Positions 14,110-27,320 of a DNA stretch of 64,000 nt are shown here, in pieces. Source of the DNA: Octopus sinensis (Eukaryota); contig NC_043001.1 of assembly GCF_006345805.1 (NCBI RefSeq), positions 62,744,001 to 62,808,000 of the forward strand. The letters are read 5' to 3'. Positions within the stretch are counted from its first letter, which is position 1. Each line of letters starts with the position of its first letter. Below the pieces are notes generated by a model, which worked only from the letters and a program-made list of their open reading frames with translations, had not been told where the DNA came from and made no database searches. A program made the position numbers and the translations under genes.

Positions 14110-14430
14110 TTGGATTTGGTCAAACAACTCAACCCCAGTACTTATTTTTTCTTGGTATTTATTTCATTCTCTTTTTGCCAAACTGCTGAGCTATGGGAAT
14201 GTAAACCATTGTTTGTCAAGCTGTAGTGGGGGATGAACACAAAGACACACACTCATTTATATATGTATATACATAATGGGCTTCTCCCAGTTTCTTTCTA
14301 CCAAATCTACTCTCAAGACTTTAGTTGGCCCAGGGCTATAGTAGAAGATAGTTGTCCAAGGTACCACACAGTGGGACTGAAACCGGAGCAATGTAGTTGA
14401 GAAACCAACTTCTTACCACACAATCATGCC
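14110..14430 (-). mobile_element. tRNA-derived SINE (same family as 2661-3055)
   Basis: Reverse complement of the head (TAGTAGAAGATAGTTGTCCAAGGTACCACACAGTGGGACTGAAACC...CTTACCACAC) and body. Confidence 0.8.
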
Positions 14431-15009
14431 CATCATCATCTCATCATTTTATGCTTACTTTCTTTGCTGGTATAGGTTGAACATGTGAGTCCTCTGTCAT
14501 TATGAACTATTGATTTCATTTATGGTGAATGTGCATGTCATTTGGGGAAGTTTCTACGGCTGGATGCTCTTGAAATGTCAACCACCTGAGTGCATTTACT
14601 AATGACAAAAACTCTATAGAGATTGAATAATACTCAGCAAGTCAGATCTATATGAAATTCATAGCCCTATGCTTTTTCTGCTCATTTGCCATCTATTTTT
14701 CAGTGTGTACAGAGTGAGTTTTTCCATGGTGCCAACATCTTTCTAGAGGTCATGTGATACAATTTCTATCTACCTGATACCATTCATAATGTATTGTTCA
14801 ACCACTTACTGTGATAAAAGACTTTTGCTTAATGTGTCAGAATTACAAGAATAATGTTGACTGTAGTTGGTGTCATTCTCCATTATGTTCATTACCCATT
14901 TTTCAGTTTGAATATTTTTATTTTGCTATGATTGTATATACAGCTTATGTGGTTTGCTTCTTATGTAATATTTATCTGTTGCTTTATTATCAAAAATTTA
15001 GTATCTAAG

Positions 15010-15960
15010 TGCTTTTTAAGCATGGTCATCAATTCTCTCAACAATGTCATAGATGTCATGCATCGTTCACCTGCAGCACATTGATGACAAAACAAAAGTC
15101 TTCCCAATTAAGCACAAATTCTCCAGCCACCTTGCCAGCCTTGTTCAACCAGCTCTTGATGTTGTCCATCCATTGTGTTCTTTGTCTGCCTCTTTCTTCC
15201 ATGATAATGTATTCCAAACCTTTGCTTCTTCATAATAGATGAGCTTTTGTTTCTTCACAATGTTCAGGAATTGTCATCTTTTACTTGTTGTAACACCCAT
15301 TCATTTGTCCAATGATCCTTGTGCACAATGAATAAAATCATTAATACCTTTAGTTCAAGGAAAAAATGGGAGTCCTTTATTAATATCCAAACTGAGGTCA
15401 TGTACACATCAAAATTACAGTATTTACTGACAATTGAATATTTAACTTATCACAATGTTATGTTCAATATAAGTATCAAAATACACTCTAAAGATGGGAT
15501 TAATAATTATCTGGAAAACTGTTATCTTGATAACATCACCTTTTCTAAAACCAATTAGATATTTAAAGTTCCTACTGTCTTTAAGTGATAAGTTAATAAA
15601 ACACACTGAATATCATATCTTTCTTGACATTATCCCTCTCCCACTCTTCCCCATCTCTTCCTTTAATCTTCAGCTGATTAAAAAAATTCCATTTATCAAC
15701 ATTCTACACTCACTAGAACACTGCACTATATTTTTCTTTTCTCTCTGCTACTACAACTGTACTGGTTCCTGCTCCTTTGAATTAATCTTCAGCATACTGC
15801 ATTACACAAGCCCACTTAAATCACCTGCATCTCTTTTTCTCATTCTTAATGTCTCGTTTGAAAACTCACCACTGAATACCTCAATAAATCTCAACATTTC
15901 AAGAGCTACAACCATTGTTTTCCTTATCAAGTTGGAAGAGCCTACAAATGATGTGGACTG
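15010..15960 (-). mobile_element. Old, degraded RTE-clade LINE fragment
   Basis: Minus strand HKDHWTNEWVLQQ...LNIVKKQKL...IIMEERGRQRTQWMDNIKSW (RTE C-terminus) and EPV...LFNQ...GEEW (RT N-terminal region). Confidence 0.65.
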
Positions 15961-16219
15961 TAACATATATACCTCTATATGTAAGAAAACTATATTTTCA
16001 TGATGATTAAATAACTCTTGGAATTCACAGATCAGTTTATTGTTTTATTAGTAGACTGTAATATTTTTCAGAGCAATTTTTTTATTTGTAAAATGTCACA
16101 ATAGAAATTGGTTGAACTACCAGAGATATCATTATGCTTTCAAAATGAAATATTTCTTGTATATCTTTCAGTGTAAAAATATCTAATTATTCATTATCTC
16201 TCTTATTCATTTCCTATAG

Positions 16220-16361
16220 GTTTTTCAGCCAAAACTGAGTTGTTGACCCACAAGAGTCAGCTGAGTTATACTTTTGGTGAAAATACTGTTTAAAGTGTCA
16301 AGATATATCAAATAAAGCAATTCAAAGTGCAACTGAAATTGAGGAGCTCCCTACTTTTGCA
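16220..16361 (+). other. Exon-like segment, unidentified (no fully open frame)
   Basis: Acceptor TTCATTTCCTATAG before 16220 and donor GCAG|GTTTGT after 16361; frame VILLVKYCLKCQDISNKAIQSATEIEELPTFA is open from 16265 but has TGA at 16244 and 16262. Confidence 0.3.
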
Positions 16362-17136
16362 GGTTTGTGAAATCAGAAAAGGGAACCATTTAGGATTCTT
16401 GAGGGTTATTCAAGAGGTGTATTTAAAGATAGTTGATATTTGAAGAAGAAAAAAACAAAAAGGCAATATCAATTATATAGAGAAAAATTTAAATGTGAAA
16501 ATATTTCAGCTTTTCACTACACAAATTACATAATCTCTTATTCTTCTTGTAGGGAAAAAAAGAGAAAGCAAAAATTGAAAATAAAGAAAAGCAAAACAAA
16601 CATTTAAAGGTTGCAAGTTAATAAAAAAATATATACTTCTAAAAATTAACTCACTGAATGGTATCTGTTTTAAACAATATAGACTTGTGTAAATGTATAC
16701 AAGCATGCACACATATTCATAAATATGGAGTTACACATACATTATTGCTTGTATGAATGTCTGTTATCTGCCAGTATATTTAAATTTTTGAATTGAGCAT
16801 GAATGTGTTCATGTATTTAGTGTTTCTATATGTGTGCATATGTTGGTGTGTTTCTATATTTGTGCATATCTATCATTATGTATGTATCATTATACATACA
16901 AACACATGCACAGACATACCACACACACACACATTTATCTTTATAAAGCTCTGTGTGTATGTATGTGTGTCTGCATATAAAAAGGATTTGTTTGTATGCA
17001 AGGAAAAAAACATATGGAAAATTGGAAAACATCTACACTAAAACTGAGAAGATCTCAGGAAAAAAAAATCAGTGAAATCCAACCTACCAATAACTATTTA
17101 AAAAATCCATAATCAGATTAAATTTTTTTCTATAAG

Positions 17137-17395
17137 CTGTGATATTTTTGCGATGCCTTGGATCTTCCTAATTTACTGAATGGAATCATAAGGTGCGGAT
17201 ATTACCGGAATGCTATTACCTTTGCAACATATTTTACAACTAATACAGCGAGAGGATGTTGATGATTTTGATGACATTAGTGATGTGAAAGAAAACTGCA
17301 GTGGCTATCAGAGTATTTTTATCCTGATATCACTGCTGTGAATGATCAGATATCTATGTCATCTGCAGTTGTACCGCCAATTCATGTAAACTAAT
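17137..17395 (+). other. Exon-like/pseudogene-like segment, unidentified
   Basis: Polypyrimidine acceptor TTTTTTTCTATAAG; CpG-retaining, non-repetitive, codon-like sequence; protein-like text is split among frames. Confidence 0.3.
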
Positions 17396-17962
17396 AATCA
17401 AAATTCCCAGATGCATGTGTAAATATATACATGTATATATAGATATATGCTTATATGTCTAGATGTGCATTTGGGTATGGATTTAAACACTAATATGTCT
17501 ATAGGTCTTTCTGGATGAACATCTATAAATGTTAAATTAGGTACAAAAATCTATAAATTCATAAGTTTACATAAGAATATATACATACATCTGTGTGTGT
17601 GTGTATGTGTGCATGCGTGTGTGTGTGTATGTGTGAAATAAATACATATATAAAACAAACACTCTCATATTCCATATACATACATACATTCTACACAAAT
17701 GCACATCCATATTTATTCATTTATCCACTTTTGTCACACTGTTTCTTTATTTGACTGTCTGTCTTTCTGTGTTTACATATATATGTATATGTTAGATTTA
17801 TGCTCAGAATCTAGTGGACAACTTGTATGTGTTAATGTATTTTAATTGTATACATAGACAAATAAACATCCATTTTAAGCATACATACACAAACATATAA
17901 TTACTTCTCTTTCATTCATTCACATTCTCTCATTCACACACACACATACATGCACACACACA

Positions 17963-18005
<43 letters not shown>

Positions 18006-18179
18006 TGTGAGTGTGTATTTCCTGTTTACTTCATGTTTATAGATATTTTATTGTGCCACTAAAGCTGTTCAACAATTTTCTGAATTGTCTATATTTAAGT
18101 GTTTAACATTTATTGTCAAGAGTTAGTTTGAGACTCGCAAGTATTGTATTACTGTTTGAATGTATATGACTCATTAGTT

Positions 18180-18620
18180 CTACCCTGAGTTGCCTGATAT
18201 TAAATTCTGCAGGACTAGATGTCATAGGTCATATGAAATGTTATTATGGTTATAAGTCTAGACAGTTGTGTTTTATTACAACCACACGATGTTTGAAAAT
18301 TGTGAAAAACAACTCCAACTCAAAGGATAACTCCTCTCTCTCAACTAACAGGTAAGAAGCAACTGATCTTAAACAACTAGTCTTGCAGAATTTGTTAAAG
18401 TCCTCCAAGCAGCATCAATAGCTGCTATTCATTCATCATATGGAGTTAGACCAAACCTTTGAAATAAATGGTCTGTAGCACAAATAATTCCATCCTGGAG
18501 GGAAACAGAAGTGGAATGAAAGTTATTGATGATGGTCAGATGGTGAAAACTGCAGTAATTTGGTTCAGAGCCTCTGTTTCTACATTCTCAGGAGTTTGAT
18601 AGCCAAAAACCTTGTTCAAG
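18180..18620 (-). mobile_element. Tc1/mariner (DD37D-like) transposase C-terminal relic with TIR-like end
   Basis: IKLL..LNQITA, FPP..NYL (WPPxSPDLNPLDY remnant), IAAIDAAWRTL, VERE..FE; TACCCTG...AAATTCTG terminus at ~18180. Confidence 0.55.
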
Positions 18621-18629
18621 TATGACTGT

Positions 18630-20340
18630 AGGGAGAAAGATTCAAATACCTGGATGACAACTAGGAATTTCTAAAACAATAACCTGCTTAGTGCTACAGT
18701 AGAGATATGCAACTGAAACAAAGTCCCAGCCAAACCAAAGTTAACGTACACAAGGCAGACTATTGACATTGACTTTATTACTATGGCTGGTGACTTCAGT
18801 GGATATGTTGACCAACATGATGATAGCTTCCATGATATATATGGGGGTTATAGATATGGTTTAAGAAATGGGGAGGATCCAAAACTCTTAGAGTTTTGTG
18901 ATGCAACTGTCTAATAATTTGCAACATACTTTAAGAAACTAACCAACCACCCTGTCAACTATCAGTCTGATGAACACACAAATTAGATTACATTCTTACC
19001 AAGAAACAGGACAGTAAATACCAAAACCTTTCCTGGCATAGAATGCATTACACAATACAGACTACTGGCTAATGACTTGAGTGTCAGGGTTAAGCAGAGA
19101 CAGAAATAAGATGATATGGAAACTAAAAGATCCTACAGTTGGTAATAGGTTTAAAGTAATTCTAGTTTGATGCATATTACTGTAGGAAAAAAAGATTTAG
19201 ATACATGTAGCAACTGGAAATTTCTACAAAATAACCTGCTTATGACTACAGATTAGACTTAAGGTGAAGTAACACAGTGGAAGAATGACGTGGTTGGCAG
19301 AACTGTAAAAACTAAAAGACTGCCTTGGAAAATTTGAAAGGAAGCTAATAGTTGAAGCATTACTGAATAGCTAAAAGAGCAAATAGTTAACAAGTATCCC
19401 TGGCTGAGAGTGAGGCAGATAGAAGAGACCTGTGCAGTCATTCTCGCTATTGTTATGGAAAACAAAAAGGTTGCATAGAAGTGCTATTATGAGGAACTGA
19501 TGAACATGGAGATTGCATGTGATAAAGAGGGTTTGCCTCATGCTGACCTTGTAGAGGGACCCAGCAATTCAAGTTTTGAGATAGATAACGCAATTAAGGA
19601 TATGAAGAAAGAGTACTCTGCAGGTCTATCAGGGATAGTTGCAGTGATGCTTAAAATATCTGGTGAGGGTACATGATTACCACCTGGACAGTTAATAAAG
19701 TTATACAGAAAGTGTCATTCCAGTGACTGGTCTAGCATATCATCATAAACTGCTACAAAGGCAAAGGAGGTATTTTAGGGAGAAGCAGTTATAGAGGAAC
19801 CAAACTGCTTGATCAGTTAGGAAATGAGTCATAGCATAGTTGATCTGTGGGAGAGAGTAGATATTTATGAGATGTAGTTTGGCTTCATGCCTAGAAGTAC
19901 CACAGATGTAATGTTTTTAGTGAGGCAACTGCAGGAGAAAAACTATTCCTGGCATTTGTTGACTTGGAGAAGGCATTTAACATGGGACTTGAATACAGAA
20001 TATTTGCGAAAACTAGAAATGAAGGCAGCATGCTCTAATGGACATTAGTGTGCATGAATGGCAGAGTACAAATGAGCCAACAAAAGACTAAGTACAAGAA
20101 AAATCAGGTGTAGTGTGTGAGACAGAAGACTGTGCTGGTACAGGCATGTGATGCATATACAAGATAACTGCTGCATACAAAAGTACCAACACTCTATGGT
20201 AGTGGAATTTGTTGAAGAGGGAGACCAAAGAAGACTTGCTTCAAAGTTGTGAAAACTGAACTGAAGATGATACATCTCATGGAAGTGATAACAAAGGACT
20301 GCACTCACTAGTTATATACAGTGCCACAGAAGACCCATCC
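18630..20340 (+). mobile_element. Degraded RTE LINE (dominant family) with internal deletions
   Basis: APE remnants (AGDFSGYVDQH, IDYILTRKQD), RT remnants (YRGTKLLDQ, FVDLEKAF), C-terminal GRPKKTW-like motif. Confidence 0.8.
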
Positions 20341-20589
20341 ACCAACAGAAAAACATCCTGAAAACAAATGTAGTGATGAAGAACCTGTAATACGTGCATG
20401 TGTATGCATATACTGTTCTCTTCCAAACCTCCCCTCCTCTTAACTCAGCTCTTGATCATTCCCAGCACACTCTCTCAGATAGCTCTGATTACATATGTGC
20501 TTGTATTATTATATAAACACACACACACACACACACACACAAAGTACAATACATAAACAACACCACATCCACAATGAAAAACATAAAAG

Positions 20590-21150
20590 TAGAAAAAGGG
20601 AAAATTATCTGGTTCAATCTCCCTCCACATCAATAGCCAAACTATTTTTCAAAGTACTCCAAAACCACTTTCACTACTAACAATCTCAAAAAAAACTAAC
20701 CAATTACAACCAACTAAAACTTTTTTAAAGTTGTTGAAATTGTTATTTCAACAACTTCAGAACCTCTTCATCCTGTCCGCTAAATGAAAACTGTTTCACA
20801 TGTAATATTGTTTATACTGCAATGTTACTACATCTACTACTCCAGCTGCTCTATTCCCATATGTAGGGTCTCAACACAGCCCAAACTGGAAAAATGGTAC
20901 TCCATTATCCAGACACACATGGATGCTAAAATTGAAGAATAACCCACTTAGCATTAGTTGGTAAATATTGTTACACACACAACCATACCAAACCAACTTT
21001 GCACCAGTAAATCCTACCATATTCATGTGTGTAGGAATCAACTACTGAATCAAAACCCTGAATTAGTCTGTCCCAAAACATTAAGGCATTTCCAACTGGT
21101 AGTTTTTTCTAACAGCTTAACATTTCACCTACTTTATGTTACAGGTTCCC
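20590..21150 (+). mobile_element. Penelope-like element fragment (linker + GIY-YIG C-terminus)
   Basis: KIIWFNLP...IAKLFFKVLQNHF and HTWMLKLKNN..ISW*IL..TQPY...LLNQNPEL..CP; same type as 44.2-45.3 kb. Confidence 0.6.
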
Positions 21151-21319
21151 ACTAAACAAATACAGTAGAAATTATTTCAAAGTTCTCCAACTTTCAACCA
21201 CAATACCTACAAAAAATATATGTTTTCATACATACATATACACATGTACACATGTATACATGTACATATATATATATGCATAGTTGTTGGAAGATTAACC
21301 TGACTTTAAATTTTTTCTT

Positions 21320-21900
21320 TTTGTTTTCAATTGAGGACAGCTGCTTAAAGAATGCTTATGAATGAGGACAACTACTTAGAGAAGTACCGATCTCTAATTG
21401 TGGAGGGAACTTGTGGAAGGAGTATACCCAAGAAGACTTGGGATAATAAGATGAGAAAGGATCATCAGACACTGTGCTTCACTGAGGAAATGACAAGATG
21501 CTGGGACTTGTGGTGATTTGCTGTACTTAAGAAAACACATCAAGCTAAGTAAAATCACGGCCATCCATACATACAGGCACATCCTTTACGGCCATTCCCC
21601 CACTCCCTCTTCTAGCTGAGAAGTCTCTGTCTTGCGCCAATGCCATATAAAATGCACTCTCATGTCAGTGTCACATAAAATGCACTTGTGCTAGTATCAC
21701 ATAGATACACCTATGCCAGTGGCACATAAAAAGCACCCAGTACACTCTGTAAAGTGGTTGGCGTTAGGAAGGACATCTAGCCTTTGAAAGTGTGCCAAAA
21801 TAGTCAATTAGAGCCTGGACGGCTCTCCAGTTGGCCAGCACCTATCAAACTGTCCAACCCATGCCAGCATGGAAAACGGATGTTAAACAATGATGATAAT
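21320..21900 (+). mobile_element. 5'-truncated RTE (ORF end + tail)
   Basis: VEGTCGRSIPKKTWD..., then the GGCACATAAAAAGCACCCAG/GGCGTTAGGAAGGACATC tail and GATGAT end. Confidence 0.8.
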
Positions 21901-22299
21901 AGGCATATACATGCATTTTTATGATGTTCCACATTTGCATGTATTCATAAACTCAACAAATTTCGATACTAAAAGCTGAACCTAAAGCTGACACCTAAAT
22001 CAACACACCTTATTGCAAAGTTTCACTTGCTGAACTGAACTCTGAACCTCTACCTTCCCAAAACAAACAGGTTAAATCTTCCAAATAACATCAACAACAA
22101 TTAAACCTTATAACACATCTACCAACTAACCATTTTCCTAAGAATGTAATTCCATGGTGTGCAGCAATGTCATATACTGATAAATGAGCACTGAATTGGA
22201 TGGCAACAGGTTGGTCTAGCATACATAGTGGTATGCTTCAAATATGCTCCCTAAAGGAATATTCAAATCTTATTTTCAAAAAAACTCATTTCTGCAGGC

Positions 22300-23400
22300 A
22301 TTGAAAGTTTCTTGGATGCTGTCTTCACCTCAGTGTTATTCCACATCGCTTCAAACAGAATTTTCATTCATCCATCAAAATCACTCAGCAAAATATCCTC
22401 ACAGTATTCTTAACATACTCACTTCTTTAAAACAACTTATGTGAGCCACCATCCACTTCTTATGCATCAAATACAACCACCTCACATGATAACTCACCCA
22501 CTACGGTTCTCTTGTTTCCACTCTTTACTCTTCTGTGCCTCTGTAGTCAATATATTTTCAGATATGGCACCTCAACAGCAAACTTAGCAATGTTTTAATC
22601 TCTCAAAAGACCCATAAAATTTGCCTATGTCACTCATAACAACCAAGTAGATTCCCAGGGAGCTACATCACACAAGCACCCACCAAATGAGCTCTGTTTA
22701 GAAGGGCCTAAATTTTATCCCCACTTCAAGAGGAACTCAGTGAATTCATTGTGCACACCAATACTGAGAGTTTCATCTGTCAGACACGAGTCAAGGCCTT
22801 TTTCCACAACAGAACCCCAGATCCCCCAACTGAGAATGACTTCATCAAATTTAAAACACATCTTTATCTGGACACCAGGCCTGGGCTTACATCACTCGGT
22901 TGATTTATTTGTCTATGTAGGCCATTTCTTTTGGAAGCTCCATAAATGGCAAGACATTATTAAACCAACTGACAAAGAGAGCTTTGTTATAGTTTGGAAA
23001 TTCAACATGTACAGACAAGAAGCACTCCACCATCAGTTCTACATCAAGATACCAAACAATCTTACCAGCTATTATAAGAAACAAGTGTCCACTACCATTC
23101 ATAAACTTACCTCTTCTAGCTCACTCTCACCCACTGCCATTAAACACTCACCATAACCACACCCCAAATGTCCATTATCTACTTCCTTCACAAAATTGAC
23201 AAGCCAGACAATTTTGTCCACCTATTATTTCCACCTGTACCTGCCCCTGTGCAACATTTATCAACTGTACCTTGACACACTATTATCACTTCTCATTAAA
23301 AACACCAACCACTCCCTACACCTCTTCAACTCATTCTCTTTTCTGTCTGGAGAATTCAAACTTCTGATATCAAATCACTGTCCCATAACAACGGCCTACT
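22300..23400 (+). mobile_element. Penelope-like (Poseidon-type) element, N-terminal/RT part
   Basis: EGPKFYPHF (KGLxFIPT remnant), QDIIKPTDKESFVIVW...YRQEA (KPADKG motif), YLDTLL..IKNTNHSL. Confidence 0.7.
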
Positions 23401-23929
23401 AGCCCCATATTAATGGCCTACTAACCCCACAGCAATAACCTACTAGCCCTATAACAACAGCCTCTTAGCCCTTCTTAGACCATCACTACCTATTCGAACC
23501 CAACACTACTACACTCCTCTGCCTATCCAAGCTTGTCCTTACCTTCATTTGCTTTTCTTTCTATGAGGAATTTTTTTTTACAAAGTTTTGCTTACTCCAT
23601 ACTGTATGTTATAGTTATAACTAAAGTTAAAGTCAAGAATGAAAATGTTCAATTCTGTTTCACTCTATAGCGCTCTTTATAATTATTATTGTTATTAATT
23701 TAGCAGTATGTTATAGCAAAATTAAGAAATCCAATTGTTCAATTCTGTTTACTCTTTCTCTAAATCTCAAAAAAATTCCATCTCTTTATGTTTTGTTACC
23801 TGCTATCTTATTCAAATGACCCATTGTTTCCTTGACCAGTCCTAATTCTGGAAATTTTACCACTTTCCCTCTCTATCTGTTTTGTTAACCATTTGCTTTT
23901 CTCATGTTGATTGTTAATTAGTAGCTCAC

Positions 23930-26068
23930 TTTGTCTGTGACTATACCACATCGGCTTTTGCTAAGGAATAGGGCAGCCACAGTGCTTTGCCATTCATGGT
24001 GCATCCTCCCATCCCACCACCACCACCTATACCGGAAGTCTTTATCCTCTGACCTCTACCAGATGTCTTTCTCCTAATCACCTCTAATGGCTTATTAAAC
24101 AGCATACTTTCCCTCCCTCCATTCCCCCTCCATCCCTACCTAGTGTCTGTCTCCTGTTGAACATAGTGATCATGAAGCAAATAAAATGATGTAGTGCATG
24201 CAGGTTGAAGACTCTTTGTATGTTTACAAGATCTGCCAAATGTGAGCTTTCTTTTCAGATACATAATATTACTGTCCCCCATCCCAGGGTCTCCCACACC
24301 TTCCACACCCTCAGAGTTGGCACATTGAAAGGTAAGTCTGGTGAAATTGTTAAGATGCTTGAATGGAAACATGTAGATTTGTGCTGCATCCAAGAAGTAA
24401 GGTAGAGAGGAAGTTCAGCTAGGTTCCTCACAGGTAAAGAACATAGGTATAAAATTTTCCAGATAGGGAAAACTGATGGGGTTGGGGGTGTGGGTATACT
24501 CCTTGCGGAGAAATAGGTTGATAAGGTAATCGGGGTAGTCAGACTCTATGATAGAATACTTAAGCTTAGATTAGTGCTGCAACATGAATTAGCTACCATT
24601 ATCTCAGCCAGAGCTATCTGATGACCAGAAAGACCAATTTTATGACGCCCTCTTGCAGACTGCCTTATCGATGAATGACGGGGCCCTTCTCTTTGTGGCT
24701 GACGACTTCAATGGGCATGTTGGACAACATTCAGGGAACTGCCATGGTGTACATAGTGGCAGTTGATTTGGTTCCAACAATGAGGGAACCAGGCTACTGG
24801 AGTTCTGTGATGCAAATGATCTTAAGATCTATAATACTAACTTCAGGAAACCTGCCAGTCATCTTTCTCCTACCAGTCTGGTGGGCATACAAGTCAGATT
24901 GACTACATTCTCGCCAGGAAACGGGAAAGATGGCTACTTATAAATGCCAAAACTTTTCTAGATGAAGAATGCATCCTATAACATAGGTTAGTAGTTAGCA
25001 ACTTCAGGATCAGAGCTAAATGGCTGCCCAGAAGATTACCAGCATGGAAAAGAAGGGTCTGGAAGCTTATGGATCCTCTGAATTTACAGAGATTTAGAGA
25101 CGTACTACTTGAAGCTTTTGACAAAAAAGAAGAGGATGTAGCATCACATAATGTGGAGGAGAACTGGAGGTTGCTACAAGTCAACCTGTTGAAAGCTACT
25201 GACCAGATCTGTGACTGGTACAAAGTCCCCTTTCGACCTAAGCTAACATGGTGGTGGAACAATGTAGTTGACAGTGCCATTAGGGAAAAGAAACAGGCAT
25301 GGAAGGACTGGAAGTATCGTGGTATCAGGGAACTGTATCAGATTGCCAGAACGGAAGCTAGGAGACAGGTTTACTTAGCCAGAGGGGAAGCAGATAAGAC
25401 AAAAATTGCCAATGTTCTGCATTGTGAGAACCAGAGACTTGAAGCATTCCATATTGTAAGACAGTGTGTGAGAGAGAATCATGATGTCATAGGAGAGAAA
25501 TGTGTCCGCATGGATGATGGCTCGCATTTAATGAGGCTGCAAAGATAGAGACTTGGAGATACCATTATGAAAGGTTGCTAAATGAAGAAAATGAATGGGA
25601 GAAAGAGAGTCTGCCAAATGTTGACCCAACAGAGGGACCAGCTATTCAATTTGACAGTACCTTGGTAGATAAAGCATTTAAGGGTATGTAGATGGAAGCC
25701 CCCAGCCATCAGGAATCAATGCTGAGATGCTTCAAATATCTGGCGATGTAGGCTATAGTCTAGTCAACCAAGTGATACATGAAGGAGTCATACCCAATGA
25801 CTGGTGTAGCAGCACCATATTCAACTACTACAAAGGTAAGGGTGATGCATTAAATAAGAATGATTACAGACATATCAAACTGTTGGATCAGGCGATGAAG
25901 GCCACAGAGAGAGTCATAGCTCAACTAATTAGTGAGAGAGTTAGTTTAGATGAGATGCAGTTTGGGCTTGTGCTAAGGAGAAATACCACTGATTCCTATA
26001 TTTCTGGTATGACAGCTGCAGGAAAAATTCCTAGCCAAAGATAAACCTCTGTACTTGGCTTTCGCTGA
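23930..26068 (+). mobile_element. RTE LINE 5' two-thirds (APE + RT start), inserted in the Penelope element
   Basis: LRVGTLKGKSGEIVKMLEWKHVDLCCIQEVR, DDFNGHVG, QIDYILARK, WWWNNVVDSAIREKKQAW, NDYRHIKLLDQAMK, LYLAF then truncated. Confidence 0.92.
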
Positions 26069-26099
26069 TGATGATGACGATGATTGATTGATTGATTGG

Positions 26100-26845
26100 A
26101 GAGCAAATCTTTGCTCAATTCATCAGACCAATAGCTCAATAAGTTTATCCTTTTCATTAGCACGTTTTGCCCTGCCTTGGAATTTAGCTCCACCTCATCT
26201 GATGCTACTGTTAGTTTTCTTGATATCTCCATCACCATAAACAGTATCTACCTCTCTCCACTGCAAACCTCCTGACTCTCACTTCTATCTCCGCTACTCT
26301 TCTTACCTCAAACTCACTAAATAATACCTTTCTCTCAATTCCCTCTCTGGCTCTGCAGCATTGATTCAGTTTGAATCCCCATGCCTAGAAATGTAACATT
26401 TCTTCCTGAATCAAGGGTACCATTGATCATTTGTGGACCCAACACTGCTTGGCCCATGCCATCAATTGCACTACTACTCTCCTACCATCTTTACACATGT
26501 CTAATCCATAATCCACTCTGCCTCTCACTTTCTATGCATCCCTCCTTCCGTTAAAAGATAAACCCATGTGCAACTTCTGTATTCTACTTTCAAATCCCAC
26601 CACTGCTCCAGTCTTTCCTGCACCACCACCCCTAACCTTTAAAACAGATAAGAACCTCAGAAATCTCCAGTAAGAAACTCCACAGTTCCCAGCCTCACAC
26701 AACCAAGCACTTTTAAATGTGCTCAGCAATGATGCAACATGTTCCCCCACATTAACATTGCTACAACCATCAGTAGGTCCACAACACAATAATGTATTAC
26801 TAAGAACTTTTGTTTCGCATTGTCTAACATATTGCACTAGCAGTA
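26100..26845 (+). mobile_element. Penelope-like element, RT C-terminal/thumb and linker (continuation of 22.3-23.4 kb)
   Basis: FCPALEF..SDATVSFLDISITI, NQGYH (RGYP equivalent), PLTF, IF/PAPPPLTFKTDKNLRNL, TFKC..CNMFPHI. Confidence 0.75.
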
Positions 26846-27320
26846 TAGCCCGGCTTTACTCAGGATTAAGTTAGGATTATTAAGCTAATCAAGCTCTTTA
26901 TTTCAAAGCAAACTAAGTAACATTGACGTCAAATTTGAGTGAAATTTGTTGAAATTGGTAAACTTTTGGCTGAAATTTTGCAGACAATTTGATTGGGAAA
27001 TTCCATAAGGAATTGGTTTATCGATTTTTTTCCACTCACCAATTTTTTTTTTTTTTCGTTTTTGGAGAACGTAAAGCATTCAAAGATCCCATGGGTCCTA
27101 AGTTATGCTGGCATCAAGTTTGAACAAAATACATCAAAATTGGTAGACGTTATGGTTTAAAATGGGGTATAACCAATTTTAGTGGGAAGTCCTATAAGGA
27201 ATCAGTTTATCAATTTTTTTTTTTTTTTTTTTTAATCCTGATTAAATGGAAAACCCCATAAGGAAATAGTTTATTGATTTTTCACCCCAAATGGAACTTA
27301 ACCGAACATTGCTGATTCAA
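26837..27320 (+). mobile_element. Non-autonomous Helitron-like element
   Basis: Starts ACTAGCAGTATAGCCCGGCTTTACTCAGGATT (same type of head as modules at 36.7 and 40.4 kb); internal GG(A)AAT..CCATAAGGAAT repeats. Confidence 0.5.

Noticed and set aside
15494-16003. 169-aa plus-strand ORF and a minus-strand exon-like start at ~15957
   Set aside because: Antisense and sense readings of a decayed RTE fragment.
16244-17290. Multiple in-frame TGA codons suggesting a selenoprotein
   Set aside because: The frame also contains TAG, there is no SelP-like composition, and no SECIS was recognised.
18213-18351. Open 139-bp plus-strand segment with AG acceptor and strong CAG|GTAAG donor (GLDVIGHMKCYYGYK...)
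   Set aside because: It lies antisense within the 3' end/TIR of a mariner-like relic (18180-18620); the open frame is explicable by chance. Exonisation cannot be excluded without RNA data.
18360-18494. Minus-strand exon-like DGIICATDHLFQRFGLTPYDE*IAAIDAAW with a good acceptor
   Set aside because: Better explained as a transposase C-terminus (AI.AAW..L motif); contains stops.
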